Shown here: piece by piece, positions 1-10,020 of the stretch
Position numbering within the stretch: the first letter of the stretch is position 1
Layout: each line of letters begins with the position of its first letter
Virus record (IMG/VR): IMGVR_UViG_3300020473_000011
Coordinates: 62,001 to 126,000 of that record
Strand: one strand, 5' to 3'
DNA: 64,000 nucleotides
Program-made: the position numbers and the translations under genes
Notes under the pieces: generated by a model
What the model saw: only the letters and a program-made list of their open reading frames with translations
Database searches by the model: none
What the model was told of the DNA's origin: nothing

Positions 1-120
1 CGTTGTACCCTTCTCATATAGCTCTAGTTCATCTTGCAGCACTGAAACAACGCGGTCAGGGCACATTACTTCTAGGCGTGTTGCTAGCTTTAGCAGCACG
101 CGAAAACGATTGTTATTCAT
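1..120 (-). CDS. hypothetical protein, 5' part only (runs off window start)
   Basis: ATG at 120 preceded by GAGAGAC; open frame MNNNRFRVLLKLATRLE to window edge. Confidence 0.55.
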   Translation of the reverse strand, partial: MNNNRFRVLLKLATRLEVMCPDRVVSVLQDELELYEKGTT

Positions 121-146
121 CAGTAGTCTCTCTTATTTTAAAATTC

Positions 147-392
147 TTATTTTTCTTCAACCCAAGGGTGCGTTACGCCATACTCAACTGACATTTTCTG
201 TTTAAATACAGTATCAGGCTTCGCCAAGGCAATTTCATTCTCTTCAAAGCGGTCATCGCGTACAGAGAAGTACTTGTCGAATAATCGTTTTGGAATGCGC
301 ATTGCGGCCATGGCTTTAGGCTTGCTTGTTGCTGCCACCATGAAATTATTCACGCCGTCTTTGCTTCCATAGAATACTTTTAGCTTTGCCAT
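147..392 (-). CDS. hypothetical protein (81 aa)
   Basis: ORF 147-482; ATG at 392 (MAKLKVF) lies downstream of the promoter box at 463. Confidence 0.65.
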   Translation of the reverse strand: MAKLKVFYGSKDGVNNFMVAATSKPKAMAAMRIPKRLFDKYFSVRDDRFEENEIALAKPDTVFKQKMSVEYGVTHPWVEEK

Positions 393-454
393 GAGGCTGT
401 TCCCTTTAGTTGGTATTGTCTGTAAAAGGCTGCGGGGCAACCGACTTGGCACAA

Positions 455-482
455 ATTTATAGAATCGTTGTACAACCGTCAA
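455..482 (-). promoter_or_regulatory. promoter with TTGTACAA box (box A) in spacer
   Basis: AATCGTTGTACAA at 463-475; TTGACG on minus strand at 477-482. Confidence 0.55.
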
Positions 483-510
483 GTTTTATTTATGTTTTAA
501 ATGAAAGTAG

Positions 511-570
511 CTGCGCCGCAACGCTTTTCATTCAAAAAGTGTTGTACAACGATGTGAGTGATGCTATAGT
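511..570 (+). promoter_or_regulatory. promoter: box B CTGCGCCGCAA + box A as -35
   Basis: CTGCGCCGCAA 511-521; TTGTAC 542-547, 17 bp, TATAGT 565-570. Confidence 0.75.
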
Positions 571-609
571 CAGCCCTATTGAAAGCACTAACTAATTTGA
601 GATCCCGAT

Positions 610-1668
610 ATGGACACAAGTACGCCTGAATTAAACATTGTTGATAAGATCGTAAAAAGCGCAATTTTGACACACTTTTCTACGAACCCATCACGTGCCC
701 ATGTACTCAGCCACGTGCTACTTACGACAGGTAACTGTTACGAGTGGGTTAAGGATGCAGATGGTCTTTATGTACTAGAGTCTCCATTCGACGATGCTGA
801 TGGCACAACGACGCGCATCGAACCAGAAGAACATGAAGAACTCGATGGGGCATTCAAGCTCCTTGCACGCTTCAAGGACAGCAACGCGAGTATTACATTT
901 CGTAATATGATCACTGAGTGGATTTCTGACAATATCGACGTCTACTGTACGCGACGTTTCCAAGCTGAGCTAGGTGCAGACCTCAGCCCAACACGGGCTT
1001 ATACTAACTTTATGCCTGACTCGGCTGCGATCTCCACGATGCCTAACGTAGAAGAGATACACCCAGTTTGGGTGGCCGCCATAGAAGAGCTTATCTCTAA
1101 CCAGTTTGACCTTATCTGGGCGGGCGGTCTACCGAGAGGAAGCCGTGAGGCACTTGAACACGTAAGACAGTACGACCCTGCCTACGCACAGCTATACCTC
1201 GCGCTCATGAACGCACGCGAAAAGATAGAAGCTGCTAAGCCTGTGAAGAATAACCCGTATACGCAGAAGTTAGTAGAAAAGCGTGAGAAGCGTCTAGCAG
1301 AGAATTATGCACAACTGACTGCGAAGGCTGAGAACGCAGAATGGGAAGCGCCGAGCTTCGAAGAGTTTGTGAAAATAAGCGCAACCGACTTTAAGAAAGG
1401 GAACATCATTATCCATGAAGAACTAGTCTCTTTTGTGACTGGTCGTCAGGAAGATATGCACCGATTCTTCCCAAACGGTAAGCCTAACGCTGACTTTGAG
1501 CGCCAAGCTATGGCCGTCATTGAATCTTGCACAGCATTCACCAGATACCCACAGGCATCTACCCTAGTCTATGACATAAAGCGTGAGCTTGGTATACGCA
1601 CAGCCTGTGAACCTTTGATTGAGGTCTACGTCAATGACGTATTACCTATGCTTTTCTCAGCCTCTTAA
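610..1668 (+). CDS. hypothetical protein (352 aa)
   Basis: long ORF directly after a promoter; no recognised motif. Confidence 0.8.
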   Translation: MDTSTPELNIVDKIVKSAILTHFSTNPSRAHVLSHVLLTTGNCYEWVKDADGLYVLESPFDDADGTTTRIEPEEHEELDGAFKLLARFKDSNASITFRNMITEWISDNIDVYCTRRFQAELGADLSPTRAYTNFMPDSAAISTMPNVEEIHPVWVAAIEELISNQFDLIWAGGLPRGSREALEHVRQYDPAYAQLYLALMNAREKIEAAKPVKNNPYTQKLVEKREKRLAENYAQLTAKAENAEWEAPSFEEFVKISATDFKKGNIIIHEELVSFVTGRQEDMHRFFPNGKPNADFERQAMAVIESCTAFTRYPQASTLVYDIKRELGIRTACEPLIEVYVNDVLPMLFSAS

Positions 1669-1700
1669 AACCAATTAGAACTATTAGAAGGAAACTTAAA

Positions 1701-1955
1701 ATGACCGTAAGAAACGTAACACAGTACTTGATCGAAGCCTTCAAAAACAACGGCGTTGAGACTATCCAACCGAATGCAAGCGTGCGGTTTGTTACATCAC
1801 TTATTGATGAGCTACCGCGAAGCTGGCATGGGCTTGGGCGTGATGACCTAGTAAAGAAAATACGTGTAACCTGCGAGTTGGGTGCGAGTGGCGGCAAGCT
1901 TAAACGCCGCAGAGTTAAAGATGTTAAGGGCTACGTCTACGACATCTTAGTGTAA
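1701..1955 (+). CDS. small basic hypothetical protein, possibly winged-helix
   Basis: AGGA RBS; basic C-terminal hairpin KLKRRRVKDVKGYVY. Confidence 0.65.
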   Translation: MTVRNVTQYLIEAFKNNGVETIQPNASVRFVTSLIDELPRSWHGLGRDDLVKKIRVTCELGASGGKLKRRRVKDVKGYVYDILV

Positions 1956-1975
1956 CCTAAACCTGCTGAAATAAC

Positions 1976-2034
1976 CTGCGGCGTAGATATTTTCGAATAA
2001 AATCGTTGTACAATGATTTGGTCGGTGCTATAGT
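1976..2034 (+). promoter_or_regulatory. promoter: box B variant + box A as -35
   Basis: CTGCGGCGTAG 1976-1986; AATCGTTGTACAATGATT 2001-2018; TTGTAC-17-TATAGT. Confidence 0.75.
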
Positions 2035-2072
2035 GGCTGACATTGAGACATTGAGATTTATTTGAGCCTATT

Positions 2073-2414
2073 ATGAAATTGAACGATACGATCTACGCCG
2101 TGACTGACCAACATGTGGTGCTTACCTTGGTTGTGGCCAAAACCGATAGCATGATTGAAGATCTAGACGGTTGGACAAAAGTGACGACCGAGTTAGCAAC
2201 TGAAAATGCAGGTCACCATGCCAAGAGCCATCACAGCGCATACTTCACTGAGTTCTTCATAGAGCCTGATGGTACGCCAAATCGTACGGGTATCTACAAA
2301 ACAAAAGCTAATGCCGTAAAGGCTACTAGCGAGGCTATCCGTAAAGAACTAGACAACCTTGATAACCGTCGTGCTGTACTACTGGCCAAACAAGCAAAGC
2401 TGGCAGAGGTATAG
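2073..2414 (+). CDS. hypothetical protein (113 aa)
   Basis: ORF after promoter, coiled-coil C-terminus. Confidence 0.75.
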   Translation: MKLNDTIYAVTDQHVVLTLVVAKTDSMIEDLDGWTKVTTELATENAGHHAKSHHSAYFTEFFIEPDGTPNRTGIYKTKANAVKATSEAIRKELDNLDNRRAVLLAKQAKLAEV

Positions 2415-2417
2415 TAC

Positions 2418-3983
2418 ATGGCACGCGCACTAGACCTAGCTAAATTCGATGGCAAGATTAAAACGGTGTTGCTATCCGTATCGGGTGGCCGTACGTCACA
2501 CTACATGATCCGCTACTTCTTAGATAACCGTGAAGACGTAGCTCGCCGAATGGGCATCAATGAAAGTGAGCTTGAGTACATCTTTGTATTTGCGAATACA
2601 GGACTTGAGCACGATGATACCCTTCGCTTTGTTCGAGATACTGAGAAGTACTTCGGTATCAAAATCGTATGGGTTGAGGGCGTGCCTGTCTTTGGCGAGC
2701 GTACGGCGACACAGCACCGTATCGTTAACTACGACACTGCCTACCGTCTTGACCAGTACAAAGACGAGAACCACCCTTATACTGCGCACGTGCGTCGTTA
2801 TGGCGTACCTACGATTAGCAAAGTTAACTGCACACGTGAAATGAAGCGTAACGCTATCAATAGTTATATGAAGTCAATCGGCCATGATGAGAAGACGACA
2901 TTTATCACGGCAATCGGCATCCGTTTTGACGAAGAACGCCGCTGTGCAAATAAGCCCGAAGAGCGCAACCTTGTTTACCCAATGGCTCACTGGGTACCAA
3001 CCGTTGAAAAACAAGTCCTTGATTTTTGGAGCCAGTACGAATGGGATCTAAAAATACCGCGCTGGCTAGGTAACTGTGTACATTGCTATGAGAAAGCCGA
3101 CAGTGTTTTAGAACGTGCATATCTAGACTACCCTACAGCCTTTGAGATCGTGGACTACTATGAGAAGACCTATGCAGGTATAGGCTACGAGTTTACGGTT
3201 TACGACGACGCTGAGCCGCGAGCGACCTTCCGTGGTAATGAATATGCAGCTGACATGATTGCGCGCTTTAAGGTGGCACAAGACGACCGCACAGCGCGCG
3301 GTATTCCACTAGAAAATATCAAAGAACACCGTGAGATTTTGGCCGAAGAAAGACGCCTAGCCCGTACGCATATCAACACAGCGCTGAAAGCCTACAACAA
3401 GACGAGCGTGGGCAACCCATTAGCAGCTGCATGGTTTTTCGATAACTGGGATAACTTGAAGTCTGACAGCTTGTATAACGTATGTGAACGCATACTAACA
3501 GAAGTGACCCACCAGCAAAAAATCGGGATTGTTCAAAAGGGTCTAGCGCGTGTTATTGAAGAGTCTGGCCAAGCCTTTATGGTACGTACCCAAAAGCCGA
3601 AGAAGCCCGTTAAGATTGAAGAGTTTAAACCAAAGAAAGCGGCTAATAAGGTGGTTGCAGGCACACGCGCACTACTTGACGGCACGGCACACTTGTCAGT
3701 AGAAGAGGTAATTAAGTTAGTCGCAAAGTTCGCGTACAGGGACTATGCTGACCAACTGACGTACACGAGTGAAGAGCAGCTAGTGGCTACCCTTATCAGT
3801 TATGCGCCTGACATGAACGTACCGACGCCTCAGCGAACAGCGCTACTGATGTATGACATCCTTGCGGCAGTTGACGGTATTCGTGTTATGGATGTCGACG
3901 AGAGCTTACGCAGTGATGTGGCGGTGGCCATGACGAGAATCATGGATGAGGAAGCCTACGAGGACTTGAAAGACGTGGCTTAA
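2418..3983 (+). CDS. PAPS reductase-family (PP-loop) protein with C-terminal extension
   Basis: SVSGGRTS PP-loop, FANTGLEH, CTREMK, GIRFDE, GNCVHC motifs typical of phage PAPS-reductase-like proteins. Confidence 0.8.
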   Translation: MARALDLAKFDGKIKTVLLSVSGGRTSHYMIRYFLDNREDVARRMGINESELEYIFVFANTGLEHDDTLRFVRDTEKYFGIKIVWVEGVPVFGERTATQHRIVNYDTAYRLDQYKDENHPYTAHVRRYGVPTISKVNCTREMKRNAINSYMKSIGHDEKTTFITAIGIRFDEERRCANKPEERNLVYPMAHWVPTVEKQVLDFWSQYEWDLKIPRWLGNCVHCYEKADSVLERAYLDYPTAFEIVDYYEKTYAGIGYEFTVYDDAEPRATFRGNEYAADMIARFKVAQDDRTARGIPLENIKEHREILAEERRLARTHINTALKAYNKTSVGNPLAAAWFFDNWDNLKSDSLYNVCERILTEVTHQQKIGIVQKGLARVIEESGQAFMVRTQKPKKPVKIEEFKPKKAANKVVAGTRALLDGTAHLSVEEVIKLVAKFAYRDYADQLTYTSEEQLVATLISYAPDMNVPTPQRTALLMYDILAAVDGIRVMDVDESLRSDVAVAMTRIMDEEAYEDLKDVA

Positions 3984-3989
3984 AGTACG

Positions 3990-4020
3990 ACGAAAAGAGG
4001 TCTTAAAGACCTCTTTTCGT
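3990..4020. terminator. bidirectional intrinsic terminator
   Basis: perfect inverted repeat ACGAAAAGAGGTCT-TAA-AGACCTCTTTTCGT between convergent genes. Confidence 0.85.
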
Positions 4021-4024
4021 TAGA

Positions 4025-5590
4025 TTAGGTAGCATCATCCGTTATTAACCCAACGTACTGCAATGAGTGGTACCGCGATTCACTTGAGCCTTGGAACACT
4101 ACCCTAAAGAGGTTTGTACGCGGTGCAGGTGAACTGAACATTACCTCTAATATATCCTGCTGAGCAGCGTAGCCGACTACCTCATGGTAAACCCATGGAC
4201 TACTATCTGTAAGACCACTAGGGTCATCGGGAGACTTTGTGTAGAGTGTAACCCTGCGCCCCCATTTATGAGCTGGTCCACCGTTAGCAATACGCAACCC
4301 TTTAACTGTAACCTTCTCAGCTGTCTTAAAGCTTAAATTAGAATATGAAGCCTTTACTTGCGCCCACTGACCAGTGTTATTGGTAAACATCGTCATCGCG
4401 GTAGCCCCCTCGTAGAAGGCCGTCGCATTAGTCTCGGCCGCGAGGATGAAAGGTTTATCGTCTTGTTTAAAGCTCCGTGCGTCACCTAGTGCGAGAGGTT
4501 CCGTACTGGCAAGACTGCTATCTGACGGCGTATAGATGACTAGGTCACCGTAATTCTGTGCTGGGTCGTCTCTACGCCCATGGATAAAGGCACTGGTAAG
4601 GTGGTCAGAAAAGTGAGTAACCATCGCAGGGTCATATAAGTGCGAAGACTCGAAGGGCTGACCTTCTGTAGCATCTTCGAGCATTGATTGTTTAAAGCCA
4701 TTTGAGTGACCTACCCAGTGTGGCACAGCTATGTGTTTAAAATAATAGGTGAGGTTAACGTCACCTGATTCGCTGCTGTTGATAAGGCTATCAACATCAT
4801 CTGGGCACTCAATGGTGACAAGCACAACTGATGGGCAATGACGGGTAACCGTCATACTACTCAAATCGTCGAACCTTATGGGGTTCATGTCGGTGCTCGT
4901 GGGTATTGTAGCAGGAACAACATCGTGTCCATAGGTATTGGCTTGGAACTGCGCTACAGGGAAGCCTACGCGTCGGAGTGAGAGTGCCCCAGCCTTCCCA
5001 TCAGCTGAGATAATGTGCTGAGTGCCTAGTAGGTCTTTGATGGGGAAGCTACGGGCTTGATAGAGCAGGTTTTCTGCTTGGGCATCCCAGCTTGCTTCTT
5101 CATCGACAGGAATAAGCTCACGTCCTTTGTAGTGTGCAGTATAGACGTTGGTCGAGCTATGGCCATACGGCAAGCCGTAGGTCAAACGGTAGGCTTCCGA
5201 AATCACATTAAAGAGGCTGCTACTACGGAAGTTAGTACCCATCACACCAAGGCTAGGATAATCACTTAGATTAAAACCATAGGTTCTTAAATCCTGTAGG
5301 TTAACGGGCTGGTCTACTAATTTATCTTCGGTCTCGAAGACAGCTAACTCACTTAGGTGCATATCTGAAATGGTGCAGACACTGGTATGTCTAGCATTAT
5401 CATTTAGTGTGTCGAGCGAAGTGGTCGTGGGGGCGTAGTAAGCAAGACTCATCAAGCCCTGTAAAACAAAATGCTTGTATTGCTTACCCTCGGGGGCTTT
5501 ACCCACCAGCTCGGAGTGGTGACTTAGTCTTTCTTCGATGTAGTCACAACGCTTGTTAAGTAGCGCAGTGGCAGTATTAAACGTAGTCAT
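4025..5590 (-). CDS. putative virion fibre/adhesin-like protein, paralog of 5653-7257
   Basis: long identical blocks with neighbour (HYKGRELIPVD, QAENLLYQARSFPIKDLLG); beta-rich C-terminal domain resembling a discoidin/CBM fold (inference). Confidence 0.6.
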   Translation of the reverse strand: MTTFNTATALLNKRCDYIEERLSHHSELVGKAPEGKQYKHFVLQGLMSLAYYAPTTTSLDTLNDNARHTSVCTISDMHLSELAVFETEDKLVDQPVNLQDLRTYGFNLSDYPSLGVMGTNFRSSSLFNVISEAYRLTYGLPYGHSSTNVYTAHYKGRELIPVDEEASWDAQAENLLYQARSFPIKDLLGTQHIISADGKAGALSLRRVGFPVAQFQANTYGHDVVPATIPTSTDMNPIRFDDLSSMTVTRHCPSVVLVTIECPDDVDSLINSSESGDVNLTYYFKHIAVPHWVGHSNGFKQSMLEDATEGQPFESSHLYDPAMVTHFSDHLTSAFIHGRRDDPAQNYGDLVIYTPSDSSLASTEPLALGDARSFKQDDKPFILAAETNATAFYEGATAMTMFTNNTGQWAQVKASYSNLSFKTAEKVTVKGLRIANGGPAHKWGRRVTLYTKSPDDPSGLTDSSPWVYHEVVGYAAQQDILEVMFSSPAPRTNLFRVVFQGSSESRYHSLQYVGLITDDAT

Positions 5591-5652
5591 AGTCTCAATT
5601 TTCCTTAGTTAAGTAGTACGAGGCTGCACTTAGGCCGCCCCGTGCAACAAGA

Positions 5653-7257
5653 TTAAACAGCATCTTCTGGCGTGTCACTAGCAGTGATAAACGCAACGTG
5701 CTGCATAGAGGTGTAACCGCCCTCGTCTGAATCCGTGAACTCTACATAAAAAATATTTGTAGAGGGGGCTGCCTTGCTAAAGAATACATCCACAGCGGCT
5801 GTTGTTGGTGAGAAGCTGATACTCTCGTGCAACTCCCAGTTACCATCAAGTGAAGCGCCGTTAGGATGGTCGGCTGGCTTTGTGTAGAGGCTGACAGTTC
5901 TTCCGTACTTACGTGATGGACCACCGTTGGCGATGGTCAATCCGCGTACAGTGAACTGCTCCTTAGTCACAAATCGGCTGTGAATAGAACCCCCACTTTT
6001 TTGCATCCATTGGGTGGGGTTATCTGTAAATACTGTCCACTGAGTCGCGCCGCCATACCGCGCACTGGCGTTATAGGCAGCTGCTGCCACCTTGCCCTCA
6101 AGGCTTTGATGGTAAGTATACTGCTTGTTCTGCATAAAACTCCTCGCATCACCTAATGCAAGTGGTTCAGTGCTAGCAAGACTGTCGTCTGACGGTGTGA
6201 AGATGATTAGGTCACCGTGGGCATTACCATTGTCGTTATCAATGTCCCCGATTGACGCACTAGTCAACACATCAGCGAAGTGCGATACCATCGAGGGGTC
6301 GTAAAGGCGCGATTGCGAAAGTGGTTTACCTTCTTCCCCTTCACCGTTATTTTTATGGTCGAAGATATTAGCCAAACCCACCCAGTGAGGCACCATGATG
6401 TGCTTAAAGTAGTAAGTTAGTGCTACATCGTCAGTTCCCTCGCCTGCTATCAACTCGTCTAGGTTATCAGGGCACTCAATGGTGACAAGGATAATTGACG
6501 GGCAGTGACGCACAACGATAGGCCACGCCATGTCATCAAGAGGGCGAATAGCATCGGCAGGTGAATGGTAGACTGAGTGAGGACTAACATTCTTACCTTC
6601 TGGGTCACCTTGGAACTGTGGCACAGGGAATCCCGCTCGACGTAGCGAGAAAGCACCCGCCTTACCATCGTCAGCAATTATATGCTGGGCACCGAGCAGG
6701 TCTTTTATAGGGAAACTACGGGCTTGATAAAGCAGGTTTTCTGCTTGGACATCCCAGCTTGCTTCTGCATCGACAGGTATAAGTTCACGACCCTTGTAGT
6801 GTGACGTCATGTGCTCGTCTAGGGTGTAATTCGGCGTCATGCCGTAGGTACTATCGTAGGCATTCATGATCGGGGCGTACAATGCACTTAGGCGCATTGT
6901 CTGACCAAGGCCGTCATTGCTTGGGTAGTTACTTAAATCCAAACCAAAATCGCGCAGCGTCTGTAGTTTAACGGGTTGGTCTACAAGCTTCTCTTCGGTC
7001 TCGAATACAGCCAGCTCACTTAGGTGCATATCTGAAATGGTGCTTACGCCTGCCGATTGGGCTGTCCCAGCGGGTGTCTGTAGCCCACGATGAACAGGTG
7101 AGTAGAATCCAGCATGCACTAATCCTTGCAGTACGAAGTGTTTGTACTGCTTTCCTGCGGGGGCTTTGCCGATTAGTTCAGAGTGAAGGCTTAGCTTTCC
7201 TTCGATGTAGTCACAACGCTTGTTAAGTAGCGCCGTGGCGGTATTAAACGTAGCCAT
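5653..7257 (-). CDS. putative virion fibre/adhesin-like protein, paralog of 4025-5590
   Basis: as above; identical leader AATTGAGACTATG. Confidence 0.6.
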   Translation of the reverse strand: MATFNTATALLNKRCDYIEGKLSLHSELIGKAPAGKQYKHFVLQGLVHAGFYSPVHRGLQTPAGTAQSAGVSTISDMHLSELAVFETEEKLVDQPVKLQTLRDFGLDLSNYPSNDGLGQTMRLSALYAPIMNAYDSTYGMTPNYTLDEHMTSHYKGRELIPVDAEASWDVQAENLLYQARSFPIKDLLGAQHIIADDGKAGAFSLRRAGFPVPQFQGDPEGKNVSPHSVYHSPADAIRPLDDMAWPIVVRHCPSIILVTIECPDNLDELIAGEGTDDVALTYYFKHIMVPHWVGLANIFDHKNNGEGEEGKPLSQSRLYDPSMVSHFADVLTSASIGDIDNDNGNAHGDLIIFTPSDDSLASTEPLALGDARSFMQNKQYTYHQSLEGKVAAAAYNASARYGGATQWTVFTDNPTQWMQKSGGSIHSRFVTKEQFTVRGLTIANGGPSRKYGRTVSLYTKPADHPNGASLDGNWELHESISFSPTTAAVDVFFSKAAPSTNIFYVEFTDSDEGGYTSMQHVAFITASDTPEDAV

Positions 7258-7279
7258 AGTCTCAATTTTTCCTTATCCA

Positions 7280-7840
7280 TTAGCGTAAGACGCGAAATGG
7301 AATTTCAAGTTGATTGTTTTCGATGTACAACGGGCGGCCTAGCTTCCATTGGTCAAGGGCTTCAAACTCGATGTCAGCACCGCTTTGGTAGGTACCGACT
7401 GTGCCCACTATATAGGTGTATGGCACCTTCCTTGGGTAAGACGATGCTTGACCCTTTTCTTCTAACCCCATGTAGGTATCTAAGTCCGAGATAACTACGG
7501 CAAATGTACGTAGGGTGCCCTCGTCACTGGCCTGCCTTTTGTCTATCGCGGCATAAAGCGCCTCATTTTTATCGGCTGAGATAACTAGGGCTAAGTTGCC
7601 ACTCTCACTGACAGAAAGCCTATCCAAAAATGTCCCTCTGTTAGGTGATAGTGTCTGGTTACCTGAGAACATGTTTATGTAATCCGAACGCGTGTAGGTC
7701 TTATTTTCCAGCCGCGCTAAGACGTCTTCGGGTGAGTCCGTTGAGAAGAACAAAACGGGAAAATGGCCATGAGCCGTTGCGGCCATAGCGCCAGCCTCTG
7801 AGGCAAAACGCGGGTTTACCCAGCGTAGTTCGTCACTCAT
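7280..7840 (-). CDS. putative virion structural protein (GTVG..SGAD family)
   Basis: IVGTVGTYQSGADIEF motif shared with cluster paralogs; AGGAG RBS. Confidence 0.6.
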   Translation of the reverse strand: MSDELRWVNPRFASEAGAMAATAHGHFPVLFFSTDSPEDVLARLENKTYTRSDYINMFSGNQTLSPNRGTFLDRLSVSESGNLALVISADKNEALYAAIDKRQASDEGTLRTFAVVISDLDTYMGLEEKGQASSYPRKVPYTYIVGTVGTYQSGADIEFEALDQWKLGRPLYIENNQLEIPFRVLR

Positions 7841-7849
7841 AGTGTCTCC

Positions 7850-8437
7850 TTAAATTGGCAGTGTAAGCATTGAGAAGTCGCGAGACTTGGGTAATTCACC
7901 CAGTGCTAGCGCGCGTTTTAGGGTGACCATCCCTGTTGTCTGGTCACCCGTTAAATGAGCAACCTGCCCCACTAGATCTATCTGGGTGACGTCATCACTT
8001 ACGCCGTCGATTATACCAGTACCTGTTGCGGCGGTACCCGTGACAACAAACCATGTAGGTGTGTAGTCCTCTTCGGCTATAGGGGAATTAATAGTGCTCA
8101 CTAGTTTCCCTAGCTTTAGGTTCGTTGTGATCGACCATTCCATGTTATCGTGGTCGACATAGCGGATGAAGGCACTTGCAACATGCAACGGGTCGCTTGT
8201 TGTGTCTGCCATCTGGGACAGCGTATTACCCGTATTTGAGGTTAATACACGGCTCGTCTTGAACGTTGCCACCCAGTCGTCAGCACGACCCGATAGCAGA
8301 TTACTCAGCTCTTCCACTGGGCTTCCCTGATTAAGCTGAGGTCGGTCACCACGAAAGAAAACGATGTGTTTATTACGCGCGAAGTCAGAGGCAGCAACGT
8401 GTGTCTGTAACAGCAAGTTAACATTATTAAAGTACAT
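7850..8437 (-). CDS. putative virion structural protein (same family)
   Basis: IVFFRGDRP and PTWF motifs shared with 11513 and 18045. Confidence 0.6.
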   Translation of the reverse strand: MYFNNVNLLLQTHVAASDFARNKHIVFFRGDRPQLNQGSPVEELSNLLSGRADDWVATFKTSRVLTSNTGNTLSQMADTTSDPLHVASAFIRYVDHDNMEWSITTNLKLGKLVSTINSPIAEEDYTPTWFVVTGTAATGTGIIDGVSDDVTQIDLVGQVAHLTGDQTTGMVTLKRALALGELPKSRDFSMLTLPI

Positions 8438-8454
8438 AAAGAAACGCCCCTAAG

Positions 8455-9366
8455 TTAGAATTGGAAAATATAGTCTTGGTCTATCGACGTGACGGAAAGA
8501 CGCCTATGCTCTTGCTTCAAGCGTAACGTTGGCATACCCACTCGACGGCTGTGGCCATCACCTGCTGTGGCTTGATCACCTGTATAAAACATGGTTGGTT
8601 TAGCACGCGCCGCAACGAAGAAGTCGGGTACCACACTACTCGGATCAAGGTTGACGGTCATGACACTGTCATCCGTTTCAGCGACCGACCTGTACTGACT
8701 TAGGTCATCCTTTTCAAGCAATGCGTGGTCAGGCAGCGTCGCCTTTAACAGGTAGACGTCATCATTGTACTCGTTTGACGGAGTCAACGCGTTCGGCGTG
8801 ATACTGGCCATGTGATGGTCAAGCTGCATACGAGTGTAGTGATACCCGACTGTCAGTAGGGTCGCATCGTCTTTGTTAGCCGCATTATAATTAAGGCGTA
8901 GTCCAACAGGTTTGAAACCAGCTGTATCAATAGCACTTAATGTGGTATTTGCCTCATTTGGGGTTAACCTTAGTGAGCTTGACGACCAATTAGCCGCAGA
9001 CGTTGAGTTTGGGGCTGGTAACGAGGTTTCACCCAAAAGCGCTGCAATGAAGTGAGCGCTGTATGACGTACGTGTCATACTGGCATCTGTGCCAAAATCG
9101 TAGGCACTCAAATCATACGTTCCCACCAATGGTGAAGAGAGCTTTACGTTTTCCACATTAGACACGACTGTGCTGATAGTCTGTTTCTTTTCAGCGAGGT
9201 CATCTGTCAAAACGGTGATGCTTGGTTCGACTATAAATTGGTCGTTAATGCGCGGCTGTTCGGGCGTAAAGCGCACCCAGTGACTCGCTTGCTTTGCTGT
9301 GGGTTTAGCAACACCATCCCACACAGCACGAAGCGACATGCCGCGTCGTTTAATTACTACGTGCAT
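8455..9366 (-). CDS. putative virion structural protein
   Basis: in operon, S/T-rich beta composition, PDFFVA segment. Confidence 0.55.
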   Translation of the reverse strand: MHVVIKRRGMSLRAVWDGVAKPTAKQASHWVRFTPEQPRINDQFIVEPSITVLTDDLAEKKQTISTVVSNVENVKLSSPLVGTYDLSAYDFGTDASMTRTSYSAHFIAALLGETSLPAPNSTSAANWSSSSLRLTPNEANTTLSAIDTAGFKPVGLRLNYNAANKDDATLLTVGYHYTRMQLDHHMASITPNALTPSNEYNDDVYLLKATLPDHALLEKDDLSQYRSVAETDDSVMTVNLDPSSVVPDFFVAARAKPTMFYTGDQATAGDGHSRRVGMPTLRLKQEHRRLSVTSIDQDYIFQF

Positions 9367-10007
9367 TAGTTAGCCCCCTTGTAAGCCTTGGTTCTAAGCT
9401 CTTCTAAAAAGGTGGTTATGCCGTCGTAGCTCACATCAAAGCTACCATCCAGCATTAACTCTGAGTTTTTAATAATGCGTGTTGCGTCTGAGTAAGGCGC
9501 GATAAAGACCGTGTTGTGATCCATCAAATCGGAAAACGTGTCTTGTACAAGCATTAGCATAAAGACCTCACCCTCTTCGGGTGTATAATCCGAGAGCGCG
9601 AGCATGCGGTCGCTGTGTGTCCAGCCTGCCACACCATTATCAACCATCAGCTCAAAGCTACCAAAGCTGACCGAGCATGATTTCGCCGATTGGTTAAATT
9701 GAGGGTCTTGTAGCATTCCCCGATAGGCTTGCGTAAGCCTTGTACAGCCGATATTTGCTAGCGTCTCGTCAAGGTCTGCATCGGTAGACAGGCTGTAGGT
9801 TCTTACGGGAAGCGGTTGACCCGCAATCAGATAGGCAACGACGTGCTTACTCGCATCAACTTGTGTGAAATCAACGGGTTGACCTGCTACGCTGGCCACG
9901 TCCTTACGGGCGGCCGCTTGCGCTGAGTTGTACTTTGGACTATAGCGCCTGCGTCCAATTGAGGGCAGCATGTAGGCACCTGATAGGGGCTGTTTTCCTA
10001 TTATCAT
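9366..10007 (-). CDS. hypothetical/structural protein
   Basis: ATG 10007 (MIIGKQP) follows GAGGA RBS just after upstream stop; removes overlap in ORF track. Confidence 0.6.
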   Translation of the reverse strand: MIIGKQPLSGAYMLPSIGRRRYSPKYNSAQAAARKDVASVAGQPVDFTQVDASKHVVAYLIAGQPLPVRTYSLSTDADLDETLANIGCTRLTQAYRGMLQDPQFNQSAKSCSVSFGSFELMVDNGVAGWTHSDRMLALSDYTPEEGEVFMLMLVQDTFSDLMDHNTVFIAPYSDATRIIKNSELMLDGSFDVSYDGITTFLEELRTKAYKGAN

Positions 10008-10020
10008 ATCGTAGTCCTCA

